Positions 34,199-44,801 of a DNA stretch of 59,253 nt are shown here, one piece after another. The stretch is from Gemmatimonadota bacterium. GTDB taxonomy: Bacteria; Gemmatimonadota; Gemmatimonadetes; Longimicrobiales; Gaopeijiaceae. The stretch lies in NCBI GenBank assembly GCA_007124095.1, contig SLFU01000209.1:1-59253 (forward strand), read 5' to 3'. Below the pieces are notes generated by a model, which saw nothing but the letters and a program-made list of their open reading frames with translations, was not told the DNA's origin and made no database searches. The translations under genes were made by a program, and so were the position numbers. Position 1 is the first letter of the stretch, and every line of letters begins with the position of its first letter.

Positions 34199-35575
34199 TC
34201 AGACCGTATCCACCGGTCGGGCCCTGGCCTGGGCCTCGCGAGCCACCCGACGACCCTCGTCCTCGTCGACCAGGTACAGCACTGCGGCCCCCACCACGAA
34301 AAAGATGAGGACCGACAGGATCCCGAGTCGACTGGACCCCGTCATCCCGACGACGAGGCCCATGACCGATGGGCCGATCATGCCGGCGAACTTGTCCATC
34401 ACCCCGTAGAAGCCGAAGAGCTCGCCGGATTTGTACGCAGGGATCATGCTCGAGAAAAGGGAGCGGGAGAGCGCCTGGGTTCCGCCCTGCACCGTCCCCA
34501 CGAGGAAGGCCAGAATCCAGAAGTGGAGCGCCGTCGTCATGAAATACCCGAGGACGGTAATCCCCGTATAGACGAGGAGCCCGAGGAAGATCGCTCGCTT
34601 TGTGCCGATCCTGCCGGCCAACGAACCGAAGAGGAAGCTGAAGGGCACTCCGACGAACTGCACCAAGACGATCGCTCCGATCATGTGCCCCTGGTCGATC
34701 CCCACCTCGGCGCCGTATATCGCGGCCATCCGGATGATCGTTCCGATCCCGTCTCCGTAGATCAGGTACGCGACGAGGAGGATGAAGGCGTTCCGGTAGG
34801 AGCGGAGTTCCAGGAAGGTCGACTGGATGCGAATGAGGGCAAAGCGGAGAACGCTTCGCTGGAGGACCTCGCCGGGCACGATCTCGGCTTCGGGCTCGTC
34901 GACCCAGAGAAGTAGGGGAATCGTGAAAACGGCCCACCACACAGCGACCGCCACAAAGGAAAGCCGCACCGGAAGGGTTCCCTCCGGAAGCCCGAACAAA
35001 GAAGGCGCCTGGATCAAGAGAAGGCAGAAGGCCAGGAGGAGGCCGGCTCCCAGGTATCCGACTGCGAACGCCCCGGTGGAGACGCGATCCACCTCATCGG
35101 ACCGGGCCACGTGCGGGAGGAGGGCGTCGTAGAAGACAATGCTGGCGTTCGCCCCGATGTTGACCAGGACGAAGAAGCCGAGGCCCATCAGCCAGTCCCC
35201 CTCGTGCACGAAGAAGAGTAACCCGGCACCACCGATGCCCAGCGCCGCGAATCCAGCGAGGAGCGGCTTCTTGATCGAGGCCCGGTCGGTGATCGCGCCC
35301 ATCACAGGGGCGACGACGGCCACGAGGGCAATTCCGAGCGTGGTGGCGAAGGCGAAGTTCCGAACCGCTTCCGGGCCGGAGAGCTCGGAGGCCACGACGC
35401 TCTGGAAGTAGATCGGGAAAACGGTGGCGACGATGACCGCCCACATCCCGGTCGTCGCCCACTCGTACATGGCCCACGCGCGGAGCTCCGGCCGGTGCAG
35501 GCCCAGGCGCTCCAGAAGGGGCATCGTCTCCGAGCCCAAAGCCATCGGGCCTTTTCGCGATCCCTCCTCGGTCAT
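34199..35575 (-). CDS. MFS transporter (UMF1/Atg22-like)
   Basis: There are 12 predicted hydrophobic segments. The WAMYEWATTGMWAVIVATVFPIYF start is typical of the UMF1 family. The start codon is uncertain (35599, 35575 or 35545). Confidence 0.8.
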   Translation of the reverse strand: MTEEGSRKGPMALGSETMPLLERLGLHRPELRAWAMYEWATTGMWAVIVATVFPIYFQSVVASELSGPEAVRNFAFATTLGIALVAVVAPVMGAITDRASIKKPLLAGFAALGIGGAGLLFFVHEGDWLMGLGFFVLVNIGANASIVFYDALLPHVARSDEVDRVSTGAFAVGYLGAGLLLAFCLLLIQAPSLFGLPEGTLPVRLSFVAVAVWWAVFTIPLLLWVDEPEAEIVPGEVLQRSVLRFALIRIQSTFLELRSYRNAFILLVAYLIYGDGIGTIIRMAAIYGAEVGIDQGHMIGAIVLVQFVGVPFSFLFGSLAGRIGTKRAIFLGLLVYTGITVLGYFMTTALHFWILAFLVGTVQGGTQALSRSLFSSMIPAYKSGELFGFYGVMDKFAGMIGPSVMGLVVGMTGSSRLGILSVLIFFVVGAAVLYLVDEDEGRRVAREAQARARPVDTV

Positions 35576-35884
35576 GGCGGTCTCCGTCGGCGGGTGCATG
35601 CGAACTGGGCCTTCTGCGGACGCCGCCCGAAGCGAAGGCTCCGGCTCGCCCCGGGTCACAATCGAGAATGATATAAGCGTTCCAGTGCTCCGCGTCACCC
35701 TCATCCCGCCCATCCGGAAACCATTGGTGCGGCGGTCCCGCCTCGATCGAGGAACCGCCCGGAGGTTCCTCCCCTACGAAGGGACACCTCGATAGTATTA
35801 ATATTGATGACTGGAAGGACGGCTCGGCTTGAAAGGAAGGCGACCGGGCCTGCCCGGCAGAACAGCTACCCTGGATGGAGTGAC

Positions 35885-37084
35885 ATGATGATGAAGCCGA
35901 TCCATTCGCCCATTCCGATGATCGGGTGTCTCTTGGTCCTTGCTCCGGGTGCGCTACCGGCGGCCACGCAGGAACAGGTCTTCGATTCCGAGCTCCACGA
36001 CTACCGCATGGTGACCGTTGTCGACGGGCTCCAGGACCCCTGGTCGATCGCCTTTCTTCCCGGAGGTGAGATGCTGGTCACCGAGCGGACCGGGGATCTC
36101 CGGATCGTACACGATGGTGTCGTTCACCCGGATCCGATCGAAGGGGTTCCGGAAGTCCGCTTCCAGGGACAGGGCGGACTTCTCGACGTGGTCCTCCACC
36201 CGGACTTCCAGTCCAACCAGCTCATCTACCTCAGCTTTTCCAAGCCGAACGATGACTCCTCCGAAGGCACGACCGCGGTCGTGCGGGGCCGGCTCGACGG
36301 CCACTCCCTCGTAGATGTCGAGGAGATTTTCCAGGCGGAGGCCTGGAGCGCCTCGGGAAGTCACTTCGGATCGAGGCTCGCCTTCGACCCCGACGGCTAC
36401 CTCTTCATCACTGTTGGGGATCGGGGTGTGAGCCCGATGTCGGTGCCGGTGGAGGACCACCCCGCTCAGGACCTCACGAACCACATCGGATCTACGATCC
36501 GGCTCCATGACGACGGGAGCGTCCCCGACGACAACCCGTTCGTAGGACGGGACGACGCCCTTCCGGAGATCTGGAGCTACGGGCATCGCAACTCCCAGGG
36601 TATGGCCATCCACCCCGTGACCGGCGACGTCTGGCAGACGGAGCACGGCCCCCAGGGGGGGGACGAGCTCAACCTCATCCTCCCCGGCCGCAACTACGGC
36701 TGGCCGGTGATCGGGTACGGGGTCCAGTATGGCGGCTCGCACTTCCACGAAGGCACCCACCGCGAAGGAATGGAGCAGCCGGTCACGTACTGGACTCCTT
36801 CCATCGCGACCTCGGGACTCATGATCTACACCGGGGATCGTTTCCCCGAGTGGAGCGGACACATCTTCGCGGGAGGGCTCGCCGGCCAGCAGCTCCACCG
36901 CATCGCCCTCGAAGAGGGGGAACACGGCTATGAGATCCAGCGGATGGAGCGGCGCCCGCTCCTGTTCGGAGTGGGCCGGATCCGCGATGTTCGGGAGGGC
37001 CCGGACGGCCTGATCTACGTCGCGCTCGACGACCGTCAGGGTGGCGGCACCACACCGATCCTGCGCCTCGAGCCCCTGGACTGA
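35885..37084 (+). CDS. PQQ-dependent (soluble glucose/sorbosone) sugar dehydrogenase, copy 1
   Basis: A signal peptide follows MMMKPI. Motifs: LQDPWSIAFLPGGEMLVTER, GGLLDVVLHPDF, FITVGDRG, SYGHRNSQGM, EHGPQGGDELN, GRNYGWP. Confidence 0.88.
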   Translation: MMMKPIHSPIPMIGCLLVLAPGALPAATQEQVFDSELHDYRMVTVVDGLQDPWSIAFLPGGEMLVTERTGDLRIVHDGVVHPDPIEGVPEVRFQGQGGLLDVVLHPDFQSNQLIYLSFSKPNDDSSEGTTAVVRGRLDGHSLVDVEEIFQAEAWSASGSHFGSRLAFDPDGYLFITVGDRGVSPMSVPVEDHPAQDLTNHIGSTIRLHDDGSVPDDNPFVGRDDALPEIWSYGHRNSQGMAIHPVTGDVWQTEHGPQGGDELNLILPGRNYGWPVIGYGVQYGGSHFHEGTHREGMEQPVTYWTPSIATSGLMIYTGDRFPEWSGHIFAGGLAGQQLHRIALEEGEHGYEIQRMERRPLLFGVGRIRDVREGPDGLIYVALDDRQGGGTTPILRLEPLD

Positions 37085-37115
37085 CCCCACGTTCCGGATG
37101 CTTCCGGTTTCTCAT

Positions 37116-38603
37116 ATGGCTCGCCGACTCCTCTCCCGACTCCCCCCGAACTCCACATCACGTGGGGAAGGGGGGTGGTTCCTGGTGGCACTGATCGCCG
37201 CCCTGGGGCTGGCTACCCTCTTGCTCGTCCTCTTCTTTCTCCGCGTCGGAACCCGCGGGCCCGATGCGGTGGTGGTCCTCCCGGGAGAACTGGAGGAGCT
37301 CCCCCCATCCTCACTCCACCTCCCTATCCTCTATGACCCCGCACCCCTTCTTGGGGCCCTGGAGGAGGTGGTCCCGGCTCGGATCGGGAATCTCACGGAT
37401 CGCCGGCCTCATCCTTCGGACCCGGCGCTCCGGTATGCCTTCCAGGCCGAGCGCGATCCATTCGAGGTCGAGCTCCGAGGGGACACCGTCCACCTGAGCA
37501 CCGTGATCCACTACGGTGGACAGATGTGGTATACCTCCCCCTTCGGAGGCGAGTTGACGGCGCACTGTGGAGTCGCCGAGGCCGGGGCGACTCCTCCGAG
37601 AGCCCGCATCCGGCTCTCCTCCCCCCTCGAATTGGAAGGGGATTGGACCGTCCGGACTCAAATGCGGGTGGGGGAGATCGGGCCCCTCACGCCGGAGGAT
37701 CGCTGCCGGGCCACTTTCCTGCAGATGGATCTGGACGTCACGGATCTGATCATGACCGCCGCTGAGCTCTGGCTCGAGGACCAGACCGGAGCGGTCGATT
37801 CCGTACTCGGCAACCTCGACCTGCTCCCCTATGTCGAGACATTCTGGGAAGCGCTCCGGAGCCCGATCCCCCTTGCAGACGGGGTGTGGCTCCTCCTCGA
37901 CCCGACCGCATTGGCGGGGGGCAGCTTGGGAGGGATGGACGCCGACGAGCCCAACATCCGGTCCGCGATCGGCATCACGGCCCGTCCCCGAATCGTCATG
38001 GGCTCACCTCCGGCCGCTTCGTCCACACCACTCCCCCCCCTGGACACGGAAGCCCACCCCGAAAGCGTCTCCATCCTGCTCGACAGTCAGGTCGACTACC
38101 CGTACCTCTCGGAACTGCTGACATGGGCGCTCCGGGATGACCCCATCCAGATCGCGGGCCGTGAGCTCCGGGTTCGGGAGGTGAGGGCGGAGAGTGCGGG
38201 AGAACAGCGGCTCGCGGTCGACCTGGAGGTGGAAGGGGCCTTCCAGGGCCGGGTTCACCTCGTCGGAACGCCAGTGTTCGATTCGAGCTCGGGGGAAATC
38301 ACGGTTCCGGATCTGGACTTCACCATCGAGGACGGAAGCGTCCTGGTGCGAGCCGGAGCCTGGGTCGCCCGAACGGGATTCCCCGGGTACATCCGGAGTC
38401 AGGTGAGGTTTCCGGCATCCGACTTCCTCGAGGCCGGACGAGCGCTCGCCGCAACCGGGATGAGCCACCAGCTTTCCGCCCAGGCGCGACTAGAGGGAAG
38501 CGTGGACTCGATCGAGATCGTCCAGCTATCCGCCACCCCGACGGGCCTGGTGGTCCGTTCCCAGGTGGTGGGGGACGCACGCTTGGTGGTCGTAGAAGAT
38601 TGA
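37116..38603 (+). CDS. membrane-anchored hypothetical protein (possibly DUF4403 family)
   Basis: An N-terminal TM segment (WFLVALIAALGLATLLLVLFF) is followed by ~450 aa with no motif I can name. The family assignment is from memory only. Confidence 0.6.
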   Translation: MARRLLSRLPPNSTSRGEGGWFLVALIAALGLATLLLVLFFLRVGTRGPDAVVVLPGELEELPPSSLHLPILYDPAPLLGALEEVVPARIGNLTDRRPHPSDPALRYAFQAERDPFEVELRGDTVHLSTVIHYGGQMWYTSPFGGELTAHCGVAEAGATPPRARIRLSSPLELEGDWTVRTQMRVGEIGPLTPEDRCRATFLQMDLDVTDLIMTAAELWLEDQTGAVDSVLGNLDLLPYVETFWEALRSPIPLADGVWLLLDPTALAGGSLGGMDADEPNIRSAIGITARPRIVMGSPPAASSTPLPPLDTEAHPESVSILLDSQVDYPYLSELLTWALRDDPIQIAGRELRVREVRAESAGEQRLAVDLEVEGAFQGRVHLVGTPVFDSSSGEITVPDLDFTIEDGSVLVRAGAWVARTGFPGYIRSQVRFPASDFLEAGRALAATGMSHQLSAQARLEGSVDSIEIVQLSATPTGLVVRSQVVGDARLVVVED

Positions 38604-38646
38604 TCTCGGCGGAGCCGTTGCGAGCCAAGCCACAACTGGAAAGGAG

Positions 38647-39240
38647 ATGCGGATGGGATCCCTGGTGCCCCTGGCCCTCGTCGTCGTACTGGTCGTGTAT
38701 GTCGCATCGCGCTATAACCGGCTCGTCGCGCTTCGGGAGCGATATCGAAACCAGTTCTCGCAAATCGACGTCCAGCTCAAACGCCGCTACGACCTGATCC
38801 CCAATCTGGTCGAAACGGCGAAGGGGTACATGTCCCACGAGCGGGAGACCTTGGAGGCGGTCGTGCAGGCTAGAAATGAGGCAAGGGAGGCCGAGACTCG
38901 AGCCGCATCGAATCCGGGCAGCCCCGAGGCAATGGACGAGCTGTCCGGTGCCGAACGTCACCTGGGGGGAGTCCTGACCCGCTTCTTCGCCCTCGTGGAG
39001 TCGTACCCCGATTTGAAGGCCAGCGAGAACATGCGACAGCTCCAGGAGGAGTTGGCCTCGACCGAGAACCGCATCTCCTTCGCCCGCCAAGCTTACAACG
39101 ACGCGGTGATGCAGTACAACGCCACCCGTGCCTCCGTCCCGACGAACCTCTTCGCCTCGACCTTCGGGTTCGGACCCGCGGAGTTCTTCCAGGTGGAGAT
39201 CGAGGCGGAACGGGAGTCTCCTCGAGTCTCCTTCGACTGA
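38647..39240 (+). CDS. LemA family protein
   Basis: A TM segment is followed by YNRLVALRERYRNQFSQIDVQLKRRYDLIPNLVETAKGYM.HERETLEAV..AR. Confidence 0.88.
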   Translation: MRMGSLVPLALVVVLVVYVASRYNRLVALRERYRNQFSQIDVQLKRRYDLIPNLVETAKGYMSHERETLEAVVQARNEAREAETRAASNPGSPEAMDELSGAERHLGGVLTRFFALVESYPDLKASENMRQLQEELASTENRISFARQAYNDAVMQYNATRASVPTNLFASTFGFGPAEFFQVEIEAERESPRVSFD

Positions 39241-39251
39241 TCCCCCTGAAC

Positions 39252-41138
39252 TTGGATTTCTTCGACGCGCAAGACGAGGCTCGTCGGCGTTCCGGTCGTC
39301 TCCTCTGGATCTTCGGCGCCGCCGTCCTGGGGATGATTCTGGTCGTCTACCTGGCCCTGGTGTTCGCCCTGGGCCTCTTCACTCCCGGCATGGCGAGCAT
39401 GACGGCGGTCACCCACCCGGAGCTCTTCGGCGGGGTAGCCCTCGGAATGACTCTTCTCATCGGAGCGGGGACCCTCGTTCGCACCGTGCAGCTCCGGAAA
39501 GGGGGATCGGCCGTAGCCGCCCTCCTGGGCGGGCACCCCGTGGACCCGAACACCTCGGATCCCGCGGAACGCCGCCTCTGGAACGTGATCGAGGAGATGG
39601 CGATCGCCTCCGGGACCCCCGTGCCCGCCGTCTTCGTCCTGGATGGCGAGGCGAACATCAACGCCTTTGCGGCAGGGCACACAATCCACGACGCTGCGAT
39701 CGCCGTGACCCGCGGAGGGTTGGAACAGCTCAGCAGGGACGAGCTTCAGGGGGTAATCGCCCATGAGTTCAGCCACATCCTGAACGGCGACATGCGCCTG
39801 AACCTGCGGCTGGTAGGCCTTCTCTTCGGAATCCTCCTTCTCACCGTGGCCGGCCGAGGCCTCCTCCGGGGATCGATGGGGTCCCGAGGTGGGAGGAAGG
39901 GCCGCGGGGGCCAGATCACGCTCGTGGGCTTCGCCCTCATCCTCGTGGGCTACCTCGGGGTCTTCTTCGGGCGGCTCATCCAGGCCGCCGTCTCACGGCA
40001 GAGGGAGTTTCTCGCCGACGCGGCGGCGGTCCAGTTCACCCGGAACCCGGGTGGGATCTCCGGGGCCCTCCGGAAGATCGGCGAAGCGAGCGAAGGCTCC
40101 GAGATCCGAGACCACCACGCTCAGGAGCTGGGCCACCTCTTCTTCGCCGATGGCATGACGAGCGGACTCTCCCGCCTGATGGCCACGCACCCTCCCCTGA
40201 AAGAGCGGATTCGACGGATCGAAGCGGGCGCGGGCAGTCCCGATCTCGCGTCGCCTCCCCTGCCCTCCGGCGAGGTGCCGTCCCCTTCGAGAGGGGCGGG
40301 ATGGGAGCGGCCCCTCGCCGGATTCGCACCCCTGGCCTCAATCGGAAATCCGTCGGGAGAACACGTCGCCTACGCCCGAGGACTCCTCTCGGAGCTCCCG
40401 GCAGAGGTGCGGCGGGCGTCTCGCCAGCCGGAGGAGGCCGCCTCGCTGGTTACCGCCCTCCTCCTCTCGGAAGACCAAACCGTCCGGCAGTGGCAGTCGG
40501 AGATCCTCGCCGAAGCCCTGGGCACCCGTTCAGCCGACCGGGCAGGCGCCCTCCGTGACTCCTTCAACTCATTCGGCGCCGAGCTCCGCCTCCCCCTCCT
40601 GGACCTCTGTCTTCCCGCGCTGCGTAAGCTGCCCCTGGAACGGTCGAAGCGTCTCCGAAGCGTGGTACCCCGGCTCATTCGGGCCGACGGACGCGTCGCG
40701 ACCTTCGAGTTCGCCCTCTACCACATCCTCCGGCGAAATCTGGAGGAGCCCGGGGAGGGACGCCGCTCCACACCACGCCGGGGCTCCACCTCCGGCTTCC
40801 GTCTGCACCGCGAATTCGAGGTGATCCTCTCCGCCCTCGCTCGGGCCGGGGCCGACTCGGAGGAGGAGATTCAGAGGTCTTTCGAAGCCGGAGCCTCCAC
40901 CCTACCCGGCGGGAAGGGAGCATGGGCACTTCATCCCCCGGGAGTGGCCACTCTGGATGAGGTGGATGCCGCACTCGATCGAGTCGAAGCGGCCGCGGCA
41001 GGCGTCCGAAAGGTCCTCTTGAAGGCGGCGGCCGCCACCGTACGTGCGGACGGGCGTTTCGAGCTTTTCGAGGTGGAGCTCCTGCGTGCGGTCGCCGAGG
41101 CGCTGGACGCTCCGATGCCTCCCACGATCTCACCCTGA
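39252..41138 (+). CDS. M48-family (HtpX-like) zinc metallopeptidase with a long C-terminal domain
   Basis: TM segments, the zinc site [13 protein letters not shown] (HExxH), and a downstream [13 protein letters not shown]. About 300 extra C-terminal residues are present. Confidence 0.85.
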   Translation: MDFFDAQDEARRRSGRLLWIFGAAVLGMILVVYLALVFALGLFTPGMASMTAVTHPELFGGVALGMTLLIGAGTLVRTVQLRKGGSAVAALLGGHPVDPNTSDPAERRLWNVIEEMAIASGTPVPAVFVLDGEANINAFAAGHTIHDAAIAVTRGGLEQLSRDELQGVIAHEFSHILNGDMRLNLRLVGLLFGILLLTVAGRGLLRGSMGSRGGRKGRGGQITLVGFALILVGYLGVFFGRLIQAAVSRQREFLADAAAVQFTRNPGGISGALRKIGEASEGSEIRDHHAQELGHLFFADGMTSGLSRLMATHPPLKERIRRIEAGAGSPDLASPPLPSGEVPSPSRGAGWERPLAGFAPLASIGNPSGEHVAYARGLLSELPAEVRRASRQPEEAASLVTALLLSEDQTVRQWQSEILAEALGTRSADRAGALRDSFNSFGAELRLPLLDLCLPALRKLPLERSKRLRSVVPRLIRADGRVATFEFALYHILRRNLEEPGEGRRSTPRRGSTSGFRLHREFEVILSALARAGADSEEEIQRSFEAGASTLPGGKGAWALHPPGVATLDEVDAALDRVEAAAAGVRKVLLKAAAATVRADGRFELFEVELLRAVAEALDAPMPPTISP

Positions 41139-41167
41139 CCGCAGACCCAACTGACGCAGGAGACCCA

Positions 41168-42196
41168 ATGAAGATCGCCGTCTTCAGCACCAAGCCCTAC
41201 GACCGGGTGGCTCTGGACCAGGCCAACGAGAACCACGGACACACCCTCTCATATTTCGAATCCCGGCTGACGCCGAACACGGTTTCACTGGCCAACGGGT
41301 TCGATGCCGTCTGCCCCTTCGTAAACGACAACCTCTCCGCTCCAGTCGTAGAGAAGCTGGCCGAAGCGGGTGTGCGCCTGCTGACCCTCCGTTCGGCCGG
41401 CTTCAACCACGTGGACCTCGGCTCCGCTCACGCCCACGGGATCGAAGTCTCCCGGGTCCCGGCCTACTCTCCTCACGCCGTCGCGGAGCACGCGATGGCG
41501 CTCATCTTGACCCTCAACCGGAAGCTGCACCGCGCCCACGCTCGGGTCCGGGAGGGCAACTTCTCTCTCGATGGCCTTCTGGGGTTCGACCTGCACGGCA
41601 AGTCCGTAGGCGTCGTGGGAACCGGGAAGATCGGAACCGCCTTCTGTAAGATCCTGGCGGGATTCGGCTGCGAGATCGTCGCGCACGACCCGGTGCCGAG
41701 CGAAGAGGTTCGGGCGCTGGGTGCCCGGTACGTGGAGTTCGATACGCTCCTTTCCTCCGTGGACATCGTCGCGCTCCACCTCCCCCTCACCCCCGACACC
41801 TACCATCTCATCGACTCGCGAGGGCTCGCTCAGATGAGGGACGGGGTGATGTTGATCAACACCAGCCGAGGCGCCCTCGTCGACACCCGAGCCGTGATCG
41901 AGGGTCTCAAGTCGGGAAGGATCGGGGCGCTCGGCCTGGATGTCTACGAGGAGGAGGGGGACCTCTTCTTCGAGGACCTCTCCAACACCGTGATCCAGGA
42001 CGATGTCTTTGCCCGGCTCCTCACCTTTCCGAATGTTCTCATCACGGGGCACCAGGGTTTCTTCACCGAGGAGGCGCTCGCGAGCATCGCGGAGACGACG
42101 CTCCACAACGCCTCCGCATTCGAGAGGGGGACGGGAGACTTCCATCGGGTGGCGCTCACGGAGGTAACTCCCCAGGGCGCCACCGGCCAGGATTAG
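41168..42196 (+). CDS. ldhA: D-lactate dehydrogenase (D-isomer 2-hydroxyacid dehydrogenase)
   Basis: Near-colinear with E. coli LdhA: [12 protein letters not shown].., [64 protein letters not shown]. Confidence 0.92.
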   Translation: MKIAVFSTKPYDRVALDQANENHGHTLSYFESRLTPNTVSLANGFDAVCPFVNDNLSAPVVEKLAEAGVRLLTLRSAGFNHVDLGSAHAHGIEVSRVPAYSPHAVAEHAMALILTLNRKLHRAHARVREGNFSLDGLLGFDLHGKSVGVVGTGKIGTAFCKILAGFGCEIVAHDPVPSEEVRALGARYVEFDTLLSSVDIVALHLPLTPDTYHLIDSRGLAQMRDGVMLINTSRGALVDTRAVIEGLKSGRIGALGLDVYEEEGDLFFEDLSNTVIQDDVFARLLTFPNVLITGHQGFFTEEALASIAETTLHNASAFERGTGDFHRVALTEVTPQGATGQD

Positions 42197-42247
42197 GGAA
42201 CCGCCGGCCAGGAGCTCGGGAACCGTCGCACTTCCGCTCCCCGCCCT

Positions 42248-42289
42248 TGCGCGTCACTCCGTGCGCGTCACTCTGTGGGCGTCACTCCG
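42248..42289. repeat. 3 x 14-nt perfect-phase tandem repeat TG(C/G)GCGTCACTC(C/T)G
   Basis: tgcgcgtcactccg / tgcgcgtcactctg / tgggcgtcactccg at the convergent junction of ldhA and the orphan kinase. The third unit contains the kinase stop codon. Confidence 0.8.
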
Positions 42290-43901
42290 AGGGGGGATCG
42301 ACAAGGGGAAGGAGGATCCGGAAGCGACTGCCCTTCCCCGGTTCGCTCTCCACCAGGATGTGGCCCCCGCTCTGCTTCACGATTCCGTAGGCCGTAGACA
42401 GCCCGAGGCCGGCCCCCTCTCCGACCGCTTTTGTCGTGAAGAACGGCTCGAAGATCCGGTCGAGCACCTCCGGCGACATTCCCGACCCGGTATCCTCCAT
42501 CCACAGCTCGACGTACTCGCCGGGCTGCGCCTGCCAGGCAAAGGCATCCGCCGCCTCCGCCGAAAGAGAGTGGGAGGCCAGCCCAAGGGTGATCGTCCCC
42601 ATTTCCGCAATCGCATCCGCCGCGTTCGCCGTGAGATTGGCGACCACCTGATGCATCCGTGCGGAATCGACCTTGACCCACCAACCTGGCTCAATGGGTT
42701 CGATCCGGAGCTCCACCCGCTCCGTGGCCAACCGACTGAGGGTCGGCTCCATCTCCTGGATGAGGACCCCCAGATCGAGGACCTCCTCGACGAGGATCTG
42801 ATTCCGGCTGAAGGCCAGAAGTTGTCCCGTGAGGTTGGAGGCTCGCTGGACCTCCTGGAGCACCTCATGTAGATCGTCGATCATGATCGACCCTTCCGGG
42901 AGATCCTCGAGCATCATTTCGGAGTAACCCCGAATGACCGTGAAGAGATTGTTGAAATCGTGTGCGAGCCCAGCGGCGAGCCGCCCTATCGCCTCCATCT
43001 TGTGCGCCTGCAGGCGGTGATCTTCGACGGTCTTGCGCTTGGTGAGGTCCCGGAGGGTGAAGACGATCCCTTCCACCGGTGAAACGCTCAGAAGATTCCG
43101 GACCGTGAGATCCACGAGCCGCTCGTCACCATCGGGACTCCCGAGGCGGACCAGGGACCGAGCGGTGCCTCCTGGGGTGTCTACAACCGCCTCGAGGAGA
43201 TCTGAGATCCGGACCTCGTCCTTCCCGGGGAACAGCCCGACGATCGTCTTGCTCGGCAGGTCCCCAGCCGGCACTCCCAGGATCCCGTGTACCTCCCCAC
43301 TCGCATACCTGAGGTGGCCGGCCGCGTCGGTAACCACTACTGCCAATCCGGAGCCTTCGGCCAGAGCCCGAAAATAGGCCTCCCGCCGGCGGAGCTCATC
43401 CTCGGCCCGCCGGTTTCGGAAGGCAGCTCCCACCCGGTCGGCGATCGCCCGGAGGAGGAGGTCCTCCTCCGGGAGAAAACGATCGAGAAGCTCTGGATCC
43501 GGCTCGCTTCGGAAGGAGGCCTCCAGCTCTCCCACCTCCTCGTCCTCTCCGGCCAGCACCGGTACGCTGAGTGACCATTCGGTATTCCGGAACCCGGACG
43601 ACGCGTACACCTCCCCACCGAGGTGGAGACGGGCCCCGACCTCGTCCGGAAGCTGGAAGCCCTCGGGAATCGCTTCGACGGTTTCGCGGATCGCGACCTC
43701 CCACTCATTGTTCGGTCGTCGAAGGGCAGCATCCACCTTGAAGAGGCACCCCAGTTCCTTGACTCGCTCGCGCAGGTTTCTTTCGAGCTTGTCGCGATCT
43801 TCCTGACGCTTCGCCTCGGCTCCGCCCTCTCCAGCCCTCCCGCTCCGGAACGCCCTCCCATCGTCGGGAATTTGCTCGGATTCCTCGTTCGGTGGAGCCA
43901 T
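42282..43901 (-). CDS. cytoplasmic sensor histidine kinase (GAF/PAS-type sensor region, HisKA, HATPase_c), no adjacent regulator
   Basis: HDFNNLFTVIRGYSEMM is the H-box. GAGLGLSTAYGIVKQSGGHILVESEPGKGSRFRILLP is the ATPase region. A PAS-like segment GLAVVVTDAAGHLRYASGE is present. Confidence 0.88.
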   Translation of the reverse strand: MAPPNEESEQIPDDGRAFRSGRAGEGGAEAKRQEDRDKLERNLRERVKELGCLFKVDAALRRPNNEWEVAIRETVEAIPEGFQLPDEVGARLHLGGEVYASSGFRNTEWSLSVPVLAGEDEEVGELEASFRSEPDPELLDRFLPEEDLLLRAIADRVGAAFRNRRAEDELRRREAYFRALAEGSGLAVVVTDAAGHLRYASGEVHGILGVPAGDLPSKTIVGLFPGKDEVRISDLLEAVVDTPGGTARSLVRLGSPDGDERLVDLTVRNLLSVSPVEGIVFTLRDLTKRKTVEDHRLQAHKMEAIGRLAAGLAHDFNNLFTVIRGYSEMMLEDLPEGSIMIDDLHEVLQEVQRASNLTGQLLAFSRNQILVEEVLDLGVLIQEMEPTLSRLATERVELRIEPIEPGWWVKVDSARMHQVVANLTANAADAIAEMGTITLGLASHSLSAEAADAFAWQAQPGEYVELWMEDTGSGMSPEVLDRIFEPFFTTKAVGEGAGLGLSTAYGIVKQSGGHILVESEPGKGSRFRILLPLVDPPSE

Positions 43902-44104
43902 CGCCCTTCCGCCCTTCTACGTGGATTGTCGTGACCAGGGGTCGGCGATCCCCTCCCAAGGAAGTTGCGGCTCGCACGCCATCCGCGCCATCGTTAGGTT
44001 TTGAAATCGGACCGACTCTCTGAAGCGCTCGCCCTCTTTCGGGGCGCACCAACTCTCCGAAGCACACATCTTCGGAATGAGTGACTCTCGAAGCTTCGAG
44101 GCAA

Positions 44105-44767
44105 ATGAAAGCCTTCTCGGGACACCGGGTATTGCCCGCGCTCCTGGGCGTGGTCGCCCTCACGGCTTGCGGTAGCCCGTCCAAGGCCCCGTCATCCGCG
44201 CCTCCCCCCCCCATCGATCGGATGTCCGAAGAGGGCCCGGAGGGTTACCGCTACACGGATGCGGACGTACAGTTCATGCAGAACATGATCCTCCATCACG
44301 CACAGGCTCTCGAGATGAGCCGACGGGCCCCCGGTCGAACCGAGCGGGAGGACATCCTCCTCCTGGCCCGTCGGATCGAACGGTCCCAAGGAGATGAGAT
44401 CGCGCTGATGAAGCGTTGGCTCGAAGCCCGGGGCGAAGAGCTCCCCGAATCCGGCCACCACCCTCACGAACACCACGGCCACCACGCCGCCGAGCGCGAG
44501 CACGGTGTTGAGCTCATGGCCGGGATGCTTACCGAGGCGCAGTTGGATCAGCTGGCGGCGACCGAAGGCCCGGAGTTCGATCGGCTCTTCCTCCAACTCA
44601 TGGTCTACCACCACGAAGGCGCTCTGGACATGGTGGAGGAGCTTTTCTCGGTGGGCGGAAGAACCGCGCAGGACCCGGAGCTCTTCCAATTCGCCTCCCA
44701 CGTCAACAGTGACCAACGAATCGAGATCACGCGCATGCTCGAAATGCTGCGCGCCGGAGAGAGATGA
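44105..44767 (+). CDS. DUF305-family (ferritin-like four-helix) lipoprotein
   Basis: Lipobox LTAC. The duplicated motif FMQNMILHHAQALEMS / FLQLMVYHHEGALDMV is typical of DUF305. Confidence 0.8.
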   Translation: MKAFSGHRVLPALLGVVALTACGSPSKAPSSAPPPPIDRMSEEGPEGYRYTDADVQFMQNMILHHAQALEMSRRAPGRTEREDILLLARRIERSQGDEIALMKRWLEARGEELPESGHHPHEHHGHHAAEREHGVELMAGMLTEAQLDQLAATEGPEFDRLFLQLMVYHHEGALDMVEELFSVGGRTAQDPELFQFASHVNSDQRIEITRMLEMLRAGER

Positions 44768-44801
44768 TCCCGGTCCCACTCACACGTGCACAGGAACCAG
44801 A

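Noticed and set aside
44505-44801. N-terminal 99 codons of track ORF 44505..46634
   Set aside because: This part overlaps the DUF305 gene in another frame. A signal peptide and an ATG at 44802, just after the DUF305 stop, give the sensible start.
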